Positions 10,557 through 20,119 of a DNA stretch of 64,000 nt are shown here, piece after piece. The position numbers were made by a program, and so were the translations under genes. Position 1 is the stretch's first letter. Each line of letters opens with the position of its first letter. The notes under the pieces are model-generated. The model made no database searches. It was given only the letters and a program-made list of their open reading frames with translations, and had not been told where the DNA came from. The stretch spans positions 252 to 64,251 of the forward strand of contig JAEDJB010000001.1 of assembly GCA_016296565.1 (NCBI GenBank), read 5' to 3'. Origin of the DNA: Oscillospiraceae bacterium (GTDB taxonomy: Bacteria; Bacillota; Clostridia; Oscillospirales; Oscillospiraceae).

Positions 10557-11789
10557 TCAGTTGAACTTACATCCCATGCGGATTTCTTTGATCCGTTCTT
10601 TTGCGTCTCCTTCCATTATATAGGCGATGCCGGAATAATGCCGGGTGGCATCCGAAACCTTCAAATCTGGATTATAGCTATAGATGCCGTCAAAATAGGC
10701 CGCTCCGTCACCGGCAAGCGGCTCAGGCGGAGTATAGGTAAGCTGGCCCGGCTCGTACTTTGCTTCCAGCGCAGCCCCCGAATCTCCTATCGTAATTCCG
10801 TTGACTACATGGTAGGCCTGGCTGGTGAAACTGATTCCATAAACATAGGCATCCGTTGGATTTATGTCCCCAATTGCGTAGATAATCTCCAGGTCTGAGT
10901 AGGTTTCCCGTACCTCTGTTCGCGCGACCTCCTCGTCTTTCCATGTTTGTACATAATCAGGGGTTCTCCCTTCCAGAAAGGCCAGCACATCCTCATAGGG
11001 CTGCTGGCCAAGGCAGATGGTCTCTCCCCGTTCATTGGTCACAGCAAAATCACGATAGCAGCCCATATCCATATCCCGCAAAAGAATCTCAAAGTGTTCC
11101 CGCCGGGAGGGGTCCGTCAGGCGGGTCACGATGGCCGCCGTCTCCGCCCGGGTAATCTCGGCGTCCGGCCGGAACGCCCGGGTTCCCTGATCCCCCAGAA
11201 GAACGCCCGCCCGATAAAGCAGGAAGATCTCCTCCGCATATTGGTGAGGAAACAGCATATAATGGCTCTTTACCTCTTCGATCCCGGCAATGGTGTTCAT
11301 CGCAGGGAAAGCTTCCTCCGGCAGACTATGGGCAAAAATATACGCCATCTGGGCCCGGGTTGCATAGGCTCCGTAGTCGGCAAAGTCTCCCTCCCGGATG
11401 ATGCCCTGCTCCAGGGCATAGGCGATGTAGGGCGCAGCCCAGTTTTTCCCTGGCTGAGGTGAAACGGCGGCGGCGTTTCCCGCAGTATAGATTCCATGAA
11501 CCACACAGGCGATCTTAATGGCCTCGCTGACCCGAAGGTTTCCCTCCGGCAGGAAACGGCTCGCTTCCACACCGTTCAGAATGCCCAGGTCACAGGCTCT
11601 CTGAATGACCCCCTGCTGTTCTGCTCCATACCACTTGCTCTCGTCAATGTCCCTGAACTGGCGGTAGGTCTCCGGAGACACCACGGCAAACCGGTCAAAG
11701 GAGCCCTCGCTTTCCTCCGCTGCCAGGGCGGAGGGCCAAAGACCCAGGGCCAGCAGCGCGGTCAGGACCGCACAAATCATTCGTTTCAT
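10557..11789 (-). CDS. Secreted S-layer homology (SLH) domain protein
   Basis: Signal peptide, SLH-like repeats (GILNG...FLPEGNLRVSE, ATRAQMA, FRPDAEITRAETA), C-terminal GITIGDS motif. Confidence 0.8.
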   Translation of the reverse strand: MKRMICAVLTALLALGLWPSALAAEESEGSFDRFAVVSPETYRQFRDIDESKWYGAEQQGVIQRACDLGILNGVEASRFLPEGNLRVSEAIKIACVVHGIYTAGNAAAVSPQPGKNWAAPYIAYALEQGIIREGDFADYGAYATRAQMAYIFAHSLPEEAFPAMNTIAGIEEVKSHYMLFPHQYAEEIFLLYRAGVLLGDQGTRAFRPDAEITRAETAAIVTRLTDPSRREHFEILLRDMDMGCYRDFAVTNERGETICLGQQPYEDVLAFLEGRTPDYVQTWKDEEVARTEVRETYSDLEIIYAIGDINPTDAYVYGISFTSQAYHVVNGITIGDSGAALEAKYEPGQLTYTPPEPLAGDGAAYFDGIYSYNPDLKVSDATRHYSGIAYIMEGDAKERIKEIRMGCKFN

Positions 11790-11977
11790 GTTGCTTCTCC
11801 TTTCTAAATAGATAACTCTGCTACGAGTTTATCATAATAGACTCCAGGATGCAACAGAAAAATCTATGATTATAAACTTCATGTAATTTGTGCCCTTCTC
11901 CCGCAGCAAAGCGTGTCCCGGCCGGAGGATGGAAACACAAAAGCGCCGCTGGATTTCCGGCGGCGCTCCTCAAATGC

Positions 11978-12223
11978 TCATTTCTCTTCCGAATCCTTCA
12001 TCCGGCTGATTGCCGGTGCTTCCGATGGGATGTCAATGGATACCGAGTCCTTTTTCCCTGCGCTCTTCCAAAACCGCCGGAGCAGAGCCAACATAAGAGC
12101 CTCCCAAAAAACAAGCCCCGGAATCATCGGAAGAGAAAAGCCAACCAGGACTATGAGCACCGGCCCATAGATCATCCCTGCTATGCACAAAAGGATGCCC
12201 AGAATACAGAGGGGTTTTCTCAT
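11978..12223 (-). CDS. Small hypothetical membrane protein (81 aa, 2 TM)
   Basis: MRKPLCILGILLCIAGMIYG..., AAGGAGG RBS, terminator downstream. Confidence 0.55.
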   Translation of the reverse strand: MRKPLCILGILLCIAGMIYGPVLIVLVGFSLPMIPGLVFWEALMLALLRRFWKSAGKKDSVSIDIPSEAPAISRMKDSEEK

Positions 12224-12388
12224 CGCTTGATCCTCCTTCCCATTCAGGATACCATATCCAATACTATCCTGCCACAACAGCTCTGATTTTTTTGCCGCCG
12301 TGCCTGCATAAAACCTCTGTCTCAGCCGCAAACTCTTTGGGTAAAGCGCCTGCCGCGCGCCATGAAACGAGATTGGAGGAGTGATCTT

Positions 12389-13663
12389 ATGTCCCCAAAG
12401 AGTTCCGGCAAAGGGATCTATCACGGCTGGTGGATCGTGATCACCTGTCTGGCCCTGATGGCCCTGGTCTTTGTCCCCCTCACGAACCTTCCCGGCCTGT
12501 TCACTGTTTTTATCACGGAAGAGTTCGGCATCACCCGCACGGCCTTCACCACCCACATCACCATCAGCACCCTCACCTCCATGGCGGCGGCCCTCTTCGT
12601 GGGCAGGCTCTACCAGCACCATCCCCCCCGTCTGCTCATGGCGGTGAGCACGGTGATCGTCGCCGCCTGCTTTCTGGGCTACTCCCTGGCCGGGCGTGTG
12701 GTCCACTTCTATGTGATCTCCGCCATCATCGGCTTTTTTGGAATGTTTCTTACCAGCGTTCCCATCTCCATCCTTATTAACAACTGGTTCGGCCCCAAAA
12801 TGAAGGGGAAGGCCATGGGCATCGCTATGATGGGCAGCGGCCTGGGGGCCATGGTTTTAAACCCCCTCTTTACCTCCATCAACACCCGGTTCGGCTGGCG
12901 GATGTCCTACCGACTGGCGGCTCTGCTGGCGGTGGCGGTAATCCTGCCCCTGGTGCTTCTCACTGTGGTCCGCGCTCCGGAGGACAAGGGACTGACCCGG
13001 ATCGGGGAAGACCCCAACGCTGCCGCGGCTGCCGGAGGGGAAGTCACCGGCCTTACCGCGGGACAGGCCCTGCGGTCCAGCGTCTTTTGGAGCATGGCGG
13101 TGACTTTCTTCCTGTTCTCTGCCACCGCCACCATCATCAACACCAACGCCATCCCCTACATGACCGACGTGGGGCTGGACCCGGTGACCGCCGCCCAGAT
13201 GATGTCCCTGTCCGCCCTGGGAGTCATCATCGGCAAGCTGATCCTGGGAGCGGTCAGCGACAAGTGGGGGGTAAAACCCGCCTCCACTGCTGCTATCCTC
13301 TGCCTGCTGGTGGGGATGGTCTGCTTCTTGGGGGTGGAAAAGACGGCCCTTCTGGCCCCGGTGGCCACCTTCATCTTCGGCCTGGGCAACGCCAACGCCA
13401 CGGTGATTATGCCCCTGCTGGCCAGCGACATGATCGGCAACCGGGACTTCGGCACCATCTTCAGCTACGCCAGCCTGGCCAGCGCCCTGGGGGCCAGTGC
13501 AGCGCCCCTGTTCGGCTCCCTGATCTATGACAGCACCGGGTCCTACGCCCCGGCCTGGGTGGGGAACATCGTGCTCATCGCGGTGAGCCTGGCGGGCCTG
13601 TACCTGTGCTACCGTCTGCGCCCCGGGGTTTACCGCAAGTTGGGCCTGGAAGGGCAGTCTTAA
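12389..13663 (+). CDS. MFS transporter (MCT/OFA-like)
   Basis: About 12 hydrophobic segments, YHGWWIV start, NNWF...KGKAMG, GAVSDKWG motif. Confidence 0.88.
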   Translation: MSPKSSGKGIYHGWWIVITCLALMALVFVPLTNLPGLFTVFITEEFGITRTAFTTHITISTLTSMAAALFVGRLYQHHPPRLLMAVSTVIVAACFLGYSLAGRVVHFYVISAIIGFFGMFLTSVPISILINNWFGPKMKGKAMGIAMMGSGLGAMVLNPLFTSINTRFGWRMSYRLAALLAVAVILPLVLLTVVRAPEDKGLTRIGEDPNAAAAAGGEVTGLTAGQALRSSVFWSMAVTFFLFSATATIINTNAIPYMTDVGLDPVTAAQMMSLSALGVIIGKLILGAVSDKWGVKPASTAAILCLLVGMVCFLGVEKTALLAPVATFIFGLGNANATVIMPLLASDMIGNRDFGTIFSYASLASALGASAAPLFGSLIYDSTGSYAPAWVGNIVLIAVSLAGLYLCYRLRPGVYRKLGLEGQS

Positions 13664-13979
13664 CGGCAAAAGGCCGGGGATCACTCTCCGGCCTTTGCTT
13701 TGCCCAGAATCGCATCCACCAGTTCCTGTTTCTGGGCCAGGGAGCAGGGGCGACGGTCAATCTGCTGAAGAACCTCCTGGGCGCAAGCTCTGCCAGGGTC
13801 TGTTTCCCCGCCGTCGCCTCTGGCATCTGAAGAATGAGCGGAATCTCCAAGCGATCCCTTCCTTTCCCCATACCCTATGCCTTGCCATCCCCCCGGCAGA
13901 ACTTTTCCCCGCTCTTGTTCCCGACCGCTTCATCCTGTATAATGAAGGCAGAAATCTGCGGAAAAGGATGCGAACCCAC

Positions 13980-14852
13980 ATGATCCATCAAAAACCAAAA
14001 CCCTCCCGCCAGTACCGGGTGGAGGAGCCGTCTACCCTGCTGCCCTTCCTCCTGTCGGCAGTGGGGGACAAGAGCCGCAACACGGTCAAAGGGCTGCTCA
14101 CCCGGGGCCAGGTGCAGGTGGACGGAAAGACCGTCACCCGCCACGACTACCCTCTCACCCCCGGTCAGCAGGTGACCATCCAGCCGGAGATCGGGAAGAA
14201 GGGGAAGCCGCCCTTTCCTGTTCTCTGGGAGGACGAGCATATCCTGGTGGTGGACAAGCCCGCGGGGCTTTTGTCCATGGCCAGCGACAAGGAGAAGGTG
14301 CGCACCGCCTACCGGCAGGTGACGGACTACGTCCGGGCGGGAGACCCAAAGGCCCGGGTGTTCATTGTCCACCGGCTGGACCGGGACACCTCCGGGGTGC
14401 TGCTCTTTGCCAAAGATGAAGCCACCAAGCGGGCCTTCCAGGACAACTGGGAGAAGATTGTCCGCCGCCGGGGCTATCTGGCCCTGGTGGAGGGGGCGCC
14501 GCCCAAGCCGGCGGACACCATCCGCACCCTGCTCCGGGAGAACGCCGCCCACCGGGTCTACTCGGTGCCTGCCGGCGGCAAGGAGGCCATCACCCACTAC
14601 CGGACGGTGAAGCAGGGCAAGCGGTATTCCCTGCTGGAGGTGGATCTGTCCACCGGCCGCAAGAACCAGATCCGGGTTCACCTCAGCGAGCTGGGCTGTC
14701 CCGTGGCGGGGGACCGGACCTACAGCGCGGCCACTGACCCTCTGGGCCGTCTGTGCCTTCATGCCCACGAGCTGACCTTCCTCCACCCCCTCACCGGTCA
14801 GGAGACCACCTTCCGGGCAGAGCTGCCCCGAGGGTTCCAGAAGCTGGTATAA
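13980..14852 (+). CDS. RluA-family pseudouridine synthase with S4 domain
   Basis: DKPAGLL, catalytic HRLDRDTSG, TGRKNQIRVH, LCLHA. Confidence 0.92.
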   Translation: MIHQKPKPSRQYRVEEPSTLLPFLLSAVGDKSRNTVKGLLTRGQVQVDGKTVTRHDYPLTPGQQVTIQPEIGKKGKPPFPVLWEDEHILVVDKPAGLLSMASDKEKVRTAYRQVTDYVRAGDPKARVFIVHRLDRDTSGVLLFAKDEATKRAFQDNWEKIVRRRGYLALVEGAPPKPADTIRTLLRENAAHRVYSVPAGGKEAITHYRTVKQGKRYSLLEVDLSTGRKNQIRVHLSELGCPVAGDRTYSAATDPLGRLCLHAHELTFLHPLTGQETTFRAELPRGFQKLV

Positions 14853-14922
14853 TTCCTCATACCCGCGCCGGTGCCTCTCATACCCATGAAATACCCAAAT
14901 CATAGAGCAAGGGGGAAGAGCC

Positions 14923-15630
14923 ATGTGAGAGAGCAGCCAACGGCTGATGATCTACTCCCGCAAGTCCCGGTTCACCGGCCGGGGGGAGAGCGTGGAGAAC
15001 CAGGTTGAGCTGTGCCGGAAGTACATCGCTGTCCATTACGGCCCGGGCCCAGGTCTATGAGGACGAGGGCTTCTCCGGGGGCAGCCTGGAGCGGCCTCAG
15101 TTCCGGCAGATGATGGCAGACGCCAGGGCACAGAAACCGGCTCCCTCACCCAGGCGGACGCTTTCCTGCTGGAAAAGCAGTACCGCACCAAGCGTGGCAA
15201 CCCCTTCACCCGGGTGGCCATCAAAAATATCCTCATCAACCCGGTCTACCTGATCGCCGATGGGGAGGCGTATCGGTACCTCACCGGCCACGGGGCGGAG
15301 GTGTTCGGAACACCGGAGGACTTTGACGGGGTCCGGGGTATCCTGGCCCGGAACCGGGACCGGGGCTATCGCTGCCACAGCAGCGAAACGGGGCTGAACG
15401 CCCGGTTGAAGGAGCTGGAGGCCGAAGGGGCAGGGCAGGCTCCCTCTCAGGAAGAGGTTACCCGCCTCTGCCAGCGGCTGTCGTCCTTTTCGGGAACCGT
15501 GGAAGGAATGACCGTAGAGGAAAAGCGGGCTGCCCTCCGCCGGCGGGTCTCCAAAGTTGTCTGGGACGGAACCCAGGCCCGGGTGCTTCTGGCTGGAAGG
15601 GAGCCGCTGGGGCAGGATAGCAAATGTGTA
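14923..15630 (+). pseudogene. Decayed, internally deleted large serine recombinase (SpoIVCA/CisA-like)
   Basis: ATG followed directly by TGA, then fragments in three frames: IYSRKSRFTGRGESVENQ / VYEDEGFSGGSLERPQF / FTRVAIKNILINPVY...EEKRAALRRRVSKVVWDG. Confidence 0.8.
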
Positions 15631-15643
15631 TATGCAACCAGAC

Positions 15644-15680
15644 ACACAAAAGCGCCGCCGGAAATCCGGCGGCGCTTTTC
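15644..15680. terminator. Bidirectional intrinsic terminator
   Basis: AAAAGCGCCGCCGG-AAAT-CCGGCGGCGCTTTT between convergent units. Confidence 0.75.
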
Positions 15681-15702
15681 ATAACATGCGTATATCGGTT
15701 GC

Positions 15703-16911
15703 TTATTCCTCTTCCAGGATGAAGTCGCTCTCGTCGCTGTAGGTGTCTTCCTTGGTGCCGAAGAGGCCCAGGATGGCGCCGCAGATGCGGCCCAGAACCA
15801 GGCCCACCACCACGGTGCAGACCACAGCGCCCACCTGAACGCCCACGTTGCCGGTGATGGCAATGGCGAACAGGCCGCCCAGCAGGCCGGGCATACCGTG
15901 CAGGTTGTGCACGCCGCAGGTATCGGTGCCCCGGATGAGCTTGCAGACCTTGGGGGCGATGATGGAGAAGCCCACGGTGCTCAGGATGCCGGCGCAGATG
16001 CCGATGACCATAGCGAAGCCGGGGTTGGCGGTGGAGCAGGTGGAGCCGATGCACACGCCGCCGGCCAGAGCCGCGTTGGCGATGTCTTCGATCTCAATCT
16101 TGCCCCGGATGAGCTTGGTGAAGATGTAGGTTGCCAGGGTGGAGCCGCACAGAGCCAGCACAGTGTTCAGCACGGTCAGGTAGCCCCGCTCGGGCGCCAC
16201 CACGGAGCTGGTGAAGGAGGGCCAGAACAGCCACAGGATCATGCTGCCCAGCAGGCAGAACTCGTTGCTGATCTTGTCCGCCTTGGGGCCGGGCTTGCCG
16301 GCAAACTTCTTGTCCGTCATGGCCACAACGCCCAGGCCGAAGTAAGCGCCGAAGGCGTGGATGGCAACGGACCCGCCGGTGTCCAGGAAGCCCTCAAAGA
16401 TGCCGCTTTCCAGCAGGAGCCATTCATTGAAGATGTAAGCGATGGTAAAGAGAATGCCCAGCACGAAGTACTGGTCCATTTTCAGCCGGCCCAGCACTGC
16501 GCCCATGCAGATAAGCAGGCTGGCGGCAGCAAACTCGGCAAAGAGGAAGCCGTTGATGTTCATGATCTCGAACTCCCCGGGCAGGAAGCTCTTGACCAGC
16601 ATATAGACGGGGATGGAGATGCTCACAGCCAGGAAGGTGGCAGTGAGGGAGGTAAACTCATGGCCCCGCAGGAAAACCATCAGGAAGCCGAAGCCTACCA
16701 GAAGCATGGCCAGGATGTGGATGGATCTGGCGTAAGTAATGGAGTCAAAAATGGTGCGGGTGGCGTTGTCCAGGCTGCTGGTGTCAATGGGAGCAATGGC
16801 GCGCAGCCCTTCTTCTACGTTGGGATTGACGGACGGGAAGAACGCCACTGCCATCACCACGGTGATCAGCAGGAAGACGATCAACAGTCCGACATTTCTG
16901 TTGGATTTCAT
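15703..16911 (-). CDS. Rhesus (Rh50)-type ammonium channel
   Basis: GFGFLMVFL, MGAVLGR, DTGGSVAIHAFGAYFGL, LWLFWPSF, NAALAGGV, DTCGVHNLHGMPG are Rh-family rather than AmtB signatures. Confidence 0.88.
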   Translation of the reverse strand: MKSNRNVGLLIVFLLITVVMAVAFFPSVNPNVEEGLRAIAPIDTSSLDNATRTIFDSITYARSIHILAMLLVGFGFLMVFLRGHEFTSLTATFLAVSISIPVYMLVKSFLPGEFEIMNINGFLFAEFAAASLLICMGAVLGRLKMDQYFVLGILFTIAYIFNEWLLLESGIFEGFLDTGGSVAIHAFGAYFGLGVVAMTDKKFAGKPGPKADKISNEFCLLGSMILWLFWPSFTSSVVAPERGYLTVLNTVLALCGSTLATYIFTKLIRGKIEIEDIANAALAGGVCIGSTCSTANPGFAMVIGICAGILSTVGFSIIAPKVCKLIRGTDTCGVHNLHGMPGLLGGLFAIAITGNVGVQVGAVVCTVVVGLVLGRICGAILGLFGTKEDTYSDESDFILEEE

Positions 16912-16983
16912 GCTGTTACACTGTCCTCTCTCTCGAAAAAATCACGCAAGAGGACCGGGGCGAAGGGTCCCTTGCGTGATTTA

Positions 16984-17012
16984 ATCGTAGCACCATATTT
17001 TTTCACTGTCAA
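16984..17012 (-). promoter_or_regulatory. Sigma-A promoter of Rh/amt gene
   Basis: TTGACA-17 bp-TACGAT with extended TG. Confidence 0.65.
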
Positions 17013-17083
17013 CTATTTCACACAGAAAAATTGTCAGGAGTAATAATTTCTACCGAAAGAACAGAGTTTCCTTGTCTCTTTGC

Positions 17084-19474
17084 TCAGGGCTCCAGCAGAC
17101 TCTGGGCATAGTGCACCGTCTCCATGGCGTCCGCCGCGTAGCAGTCCGCGCCGATGCTGTCGGCATAGTCCTGGGTGATGACCGCGCCGCCCACCACCAC
17201 CTTGCAGGGCAGGCCCGCCTGCCGTAGCTGGCGGATGGTCTCCTCCATGTAGGGGGCGGTGGTGGTCATCAGGGCGGACAGACCCACCAGGGGGATCTTT
17301 TTCTCCCGGGCGGTCTCCACGATGGTTTCCGGGGGCACGTCCTTGCCCAGGTCCAGCACCCGGAAGCGGTAGCTCTCCAGCAGGACCTTCACGATGTTCT
17401 TTCCGATGTCGTGGATGTCTCCCTTGACGGTGGCCAGAATGATCTGGGGCTCCCCGGCGTTTTCCGCCGCGGGGAGGTACTCCTTCAGCACCTGGAAGGC
17501 CTCCTTGGCGGCCTCGGCGCTCATGAGCAGCTGGGGCAGGAAAAGAGTGCCTTTTTCAAAGCCCTTGCCCACCTCGTCCAGAGCGGGCACCAGCTGGCTG
17601 TTGATAATGTCCAGAATAGCCGTGCCGGAGGCCGCCTGGGCCTTGGCCTGGCTGGCGGCGGCTTCCTTTAAGCCCTTGCACACGGCCTGGTGGAGGGTCA
17701 CCTGGCTGTCCGCTGCCTTGGGGGCAGGAGCGGCAGCAGGGGCCGCGTCCCGGAAGGCCTCCATATAGGCCTGGCACTGGTCGTCCAGCCCGGTAAGGGC
17801 GCAGTAGGACCGGTAGGCGGCCATCATGGGGGCGCTCATGGGGTTGATGATAGCCCCGTCCAGGCCGCCCTGAAGGGCCATGGTGAAGAAGGCCTGGTTC
17901 AGCTGCTCCCGCTTGGGCAGGCCGAAGGACACGTTGGAAACACCCAGGGCGGTTTTCACCCCCAGGACCTGCTTGGCCTGGCAGAGGGTGCCCAGGGTGA
18001 CGTTGGCGTTCTCGCCCCCGGCGCTCACCGGCATGGTCAGGCCGTCCACCAGCAGCTCCCGGCGGGGAATGCCCAGTTCTTCTGCCCGGCGGATGATTTT
18101 TTCAGCGATAGCCACCCGACCCTCCACGGTTTCCGGGATTCCATCGTCGTCCAGGGCCAGGCACACCAAGCCGCCGCCGTATTTTTTCACCAGGGGGAGG
18201 ATAGCCTTCAGGCTCTCCTCCTTGCCGTTGACCGAGTTGATGAGGGGCTTGCCGTTGTACCGGCGCAGGGCCCGCTCCATGGCCTCGGGGTTGGAGGTGT
18301 CCAGCTGGAGGGGCAGGCCGGTGACCTCCTGGATGGCCTCCATGGTAGCGGTGAGCACGGCCGGCTCGTCCAGGCCCGGCAGGCCCACGTTCACGTCCAG
18401 GATGTGGGCGCCGGCTTCCTCCTGCTTAAGGGCTTCGTTGAGCACATAGCCGGTATCTCCCTCCCGCAGGGCGGCCTGGAGCTTTTTCTTGCCGGTGGGG
18501 TTGATGCGCTCGCCGATGATCACCGGGTGCTTCCCGTCCAGGGCCACCGCCTGGCAGTAGGAGGTAATGAAGCAGGTCTCCTTCTGGGTGACCGCCGGCA
18601 GGGGGATGTCCCGGGTGGCCTCAATGAGGGCCTTCAGATGGGCGGGGGTGGTGCCGCAGCAGCCCCCCATCACCGTGGCCATGGGGGCCAGGGGAAGCAT
18701 TTCGGCGGCGTAGGTCTGGGGGTCCACGTCGTAGACCGCCTTGCCCCCCTCGCTTCTGGGCAGGCCCGCGTTGGGCTGGAGCAGCAGCGGGGTGGAGGAA
18801 TCCGCCCAGAAAGCCTCAAACACCGGGGCCATCTCCTTGGGACCCAGGCCGCAGTTGATGCCGAAAAGGTTCACGCCCAGGCCCTCCAGCAGGGCCACAG
18901 CCGCCCGGGGAGAGCCGCCGGTGAGGAGCTTACCGGTGCCGTCGAAAATCAGGCTGGCAAAAATGGGCAGGTCACAGTTTTCTTTGACAGCCACCACAGC
19001 GGCCTTCATCTCATACAGGTCGCTCATGGTCTCAATGAGAATGGCGTCGGCCCCTGCCTGGGCAGCGGCCCGGGCTGTCTCGGCAAACAGGTCCACCGCG
19101 TCCTCAAAATCCAGGTCGCCATAGGGCTTCAGCAGCTTGCCCGTGGGGCCCAGGTCGGCGCACACATAGGCATCGTCCACCCCGGCCTGCTCCATGGCAG
19201 CCCGGACGTTGGCCACCGCCGCGGTCATCACCTGGGCAGGGGTGAGCCCGTAGGGGGCCAGCTTCTGCCGGTTGGTGCCGAAGGTGTTGGTGGTAATCAG
19301 GCGGCAGCCCGCCTCCAGATACTGGCGGTGGACGTCCTGGATGGCCTGCGGGTTCTGAATGCTCCAGACGTCAGGGAGCAGCCCCTCCGGCAAACCGGCG
19401 GCCTGGAGCATACTCCCCATGCCGCCGTCCAGGTAAAGACGACGTTCCCTGATGGCTTCCAGTACGGTTTTCAT
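17084..19474 (-). CDS. metH: Cobalamin-dependent methionine synthase core (Hcy-, pterin- and B12-binding domains; no reactivation domain)
   Basis: LDGGMG, GINC, GGCCGTTP, IGERINPTG, DIHDIGKNIV, GLSALMTTT. Confidence 0.92.
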   Translation of the reverse strand: MKTVLEAIRERRLYLDGGMGSMLQAAGLPEGLLPDVWSIQNPQAIQDVHRQYLEAGCRLITTNTFGTNRQKLAPYGLTPAQVMTAAVANVRAAMEQAGVDDAYVCADLGPTGKLLKPYGDLDFEDAVDLFAETARAAAQAGADAILIETMSDLYEMKAAVVAVKENCDLPIFASLIFDGTGKLLTGGSPRAAVALLEGLGVNLFGINCGLGPKEMAPVFEAFWADSSTPLLLQPNAGLPRSEGGKAVYDVDPQTYAAEMLPLAPMATVMGGCCGTTPAHLKALIEATRDIPLPAVTQKETCFITSYCQAVALDGKHPVIIGERINPTGKKKLQAALREGDTGYVLNEALKQEEAGAHILDVNVGLPGLDEPAVLTATMEAIQEVTGLPLQLDTSNPEAMERALRRYNGKPLINSVNGKEESLKAILPLVKKYGGGLVCLALDDDGIPETVEGRVAIAEKIIRRAEELGIPRRELLVDGLTMPVSAGGENANVTLGTLCQAKQVLGVKTALGVSNVSFGLPKREQLNQAFFTMALQGGLDGAIINPMSAPMMAAYRSYCALTGLDDQCQAYMEAFRDAAPAAAPAPKAADSQVTLHQAVCKGLKEAAASQAKAQAASGTAILDIINSQLVPALDEVGKGFEKGTLFLPQLLMSAEAAKEAFQVLKEYLPAAENAGEPQIILATVKGDIHDIGKNIVKVLLESYRFRVLDLGKDVPPETIVETAREKKIPLVGLSALMTTTAPYMEETIRQLRQAGLPCKVVVGGAVITQDYADSIGADCYAADAMETVHYAQSLLEP

Positions 19475-19489
19475 GGGACATCTCCCCTT

Positions 19490-20119
19490 TCAATCCTCTG
19501 TTCTCTCTTCTCCTGCCCGGAAGGGGCAGTCTTTCTTGTTGCAGCGCATGCACTTCTGGCCGCAGGCTTCCTCTTCCCGGTCGCTGATGCCCACCAGGGC
19601 GGTGACGGATTTCTCCGGCACCAGCATCCCCCCGTTGGTAAGGGTCAGGCCGATCCGCTTGGGGGCCTCCAGCAGGTTCAGCACCCTGCCCTGAACGGAC
19701 AGAGCCCAGTCCCCGTAGCCGGGGCTGAAGGGCGAGGTCAGGTAGGCTCCCTCCCCTGCCTGGGCCAGCAGGCTCTGGCAGTAGTCCGCGCACAGCTGGT
19801 CCAGCCACGCGGCGCACACCGCCTGGCCCACCGCCGCCTTGGCCATGCTCTGGGCGGCCCACCGGCGCAGCAGCCGGTCCGCCGCCGGACCCAGGGTCAC
19901 GGCATAGAGAAAGCCCTCCTGGCAGTGGCGCAGGTGGTGGGCCAGGTCCCGGCTCTCCCCGGTGAAGGTGTCCACAGGCAGCCGCCGGGCAATGGTCCGG
20001 GGGGTGACCGCCGCTGCCAGCTCCTTTTGGCAGGCCTCGGCCTGGGCGGCCACCTCCGGGGGCAGCTCTGCCGCCCCACGACCTAAGTACCGCGCAATCT
20101 CTTTCTGGTCTAACTTCAT
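19490..20119 (-). CDS. Stand-alone methionine synthase reactivation domain protein
   Basis: EIARYLG, FSPGYGDW, MLVPEKSVTALVG, C-terminal CxxCxxxxC. Directly upstream of the metH core. Confidence 0.85.
   Translation of the reverse strand: MKLDQKEIARYLGRGAAELPPEVAAQAEACQKELAAAVTPRTIARRLPVDTFTGESRDLAHHLRHCQEGFLYAVTLGPAADRLLRRWAAQSMAKAAVGQAVCAAWLDQLCADYCQSLLAQAGEGAYLTSPFSPGYGDWALSVQGRVLNLLEAPKRIGLTLTNGGMLVPEKSVTALVGISDREEEACGQKCMRCNKKDCPFRAGEERTED

Noticed and set aside
17690..20086. 798-aa plus-strand ORF
   Set aside because: Antisense shadow of metH and its reactivation-domain gene.
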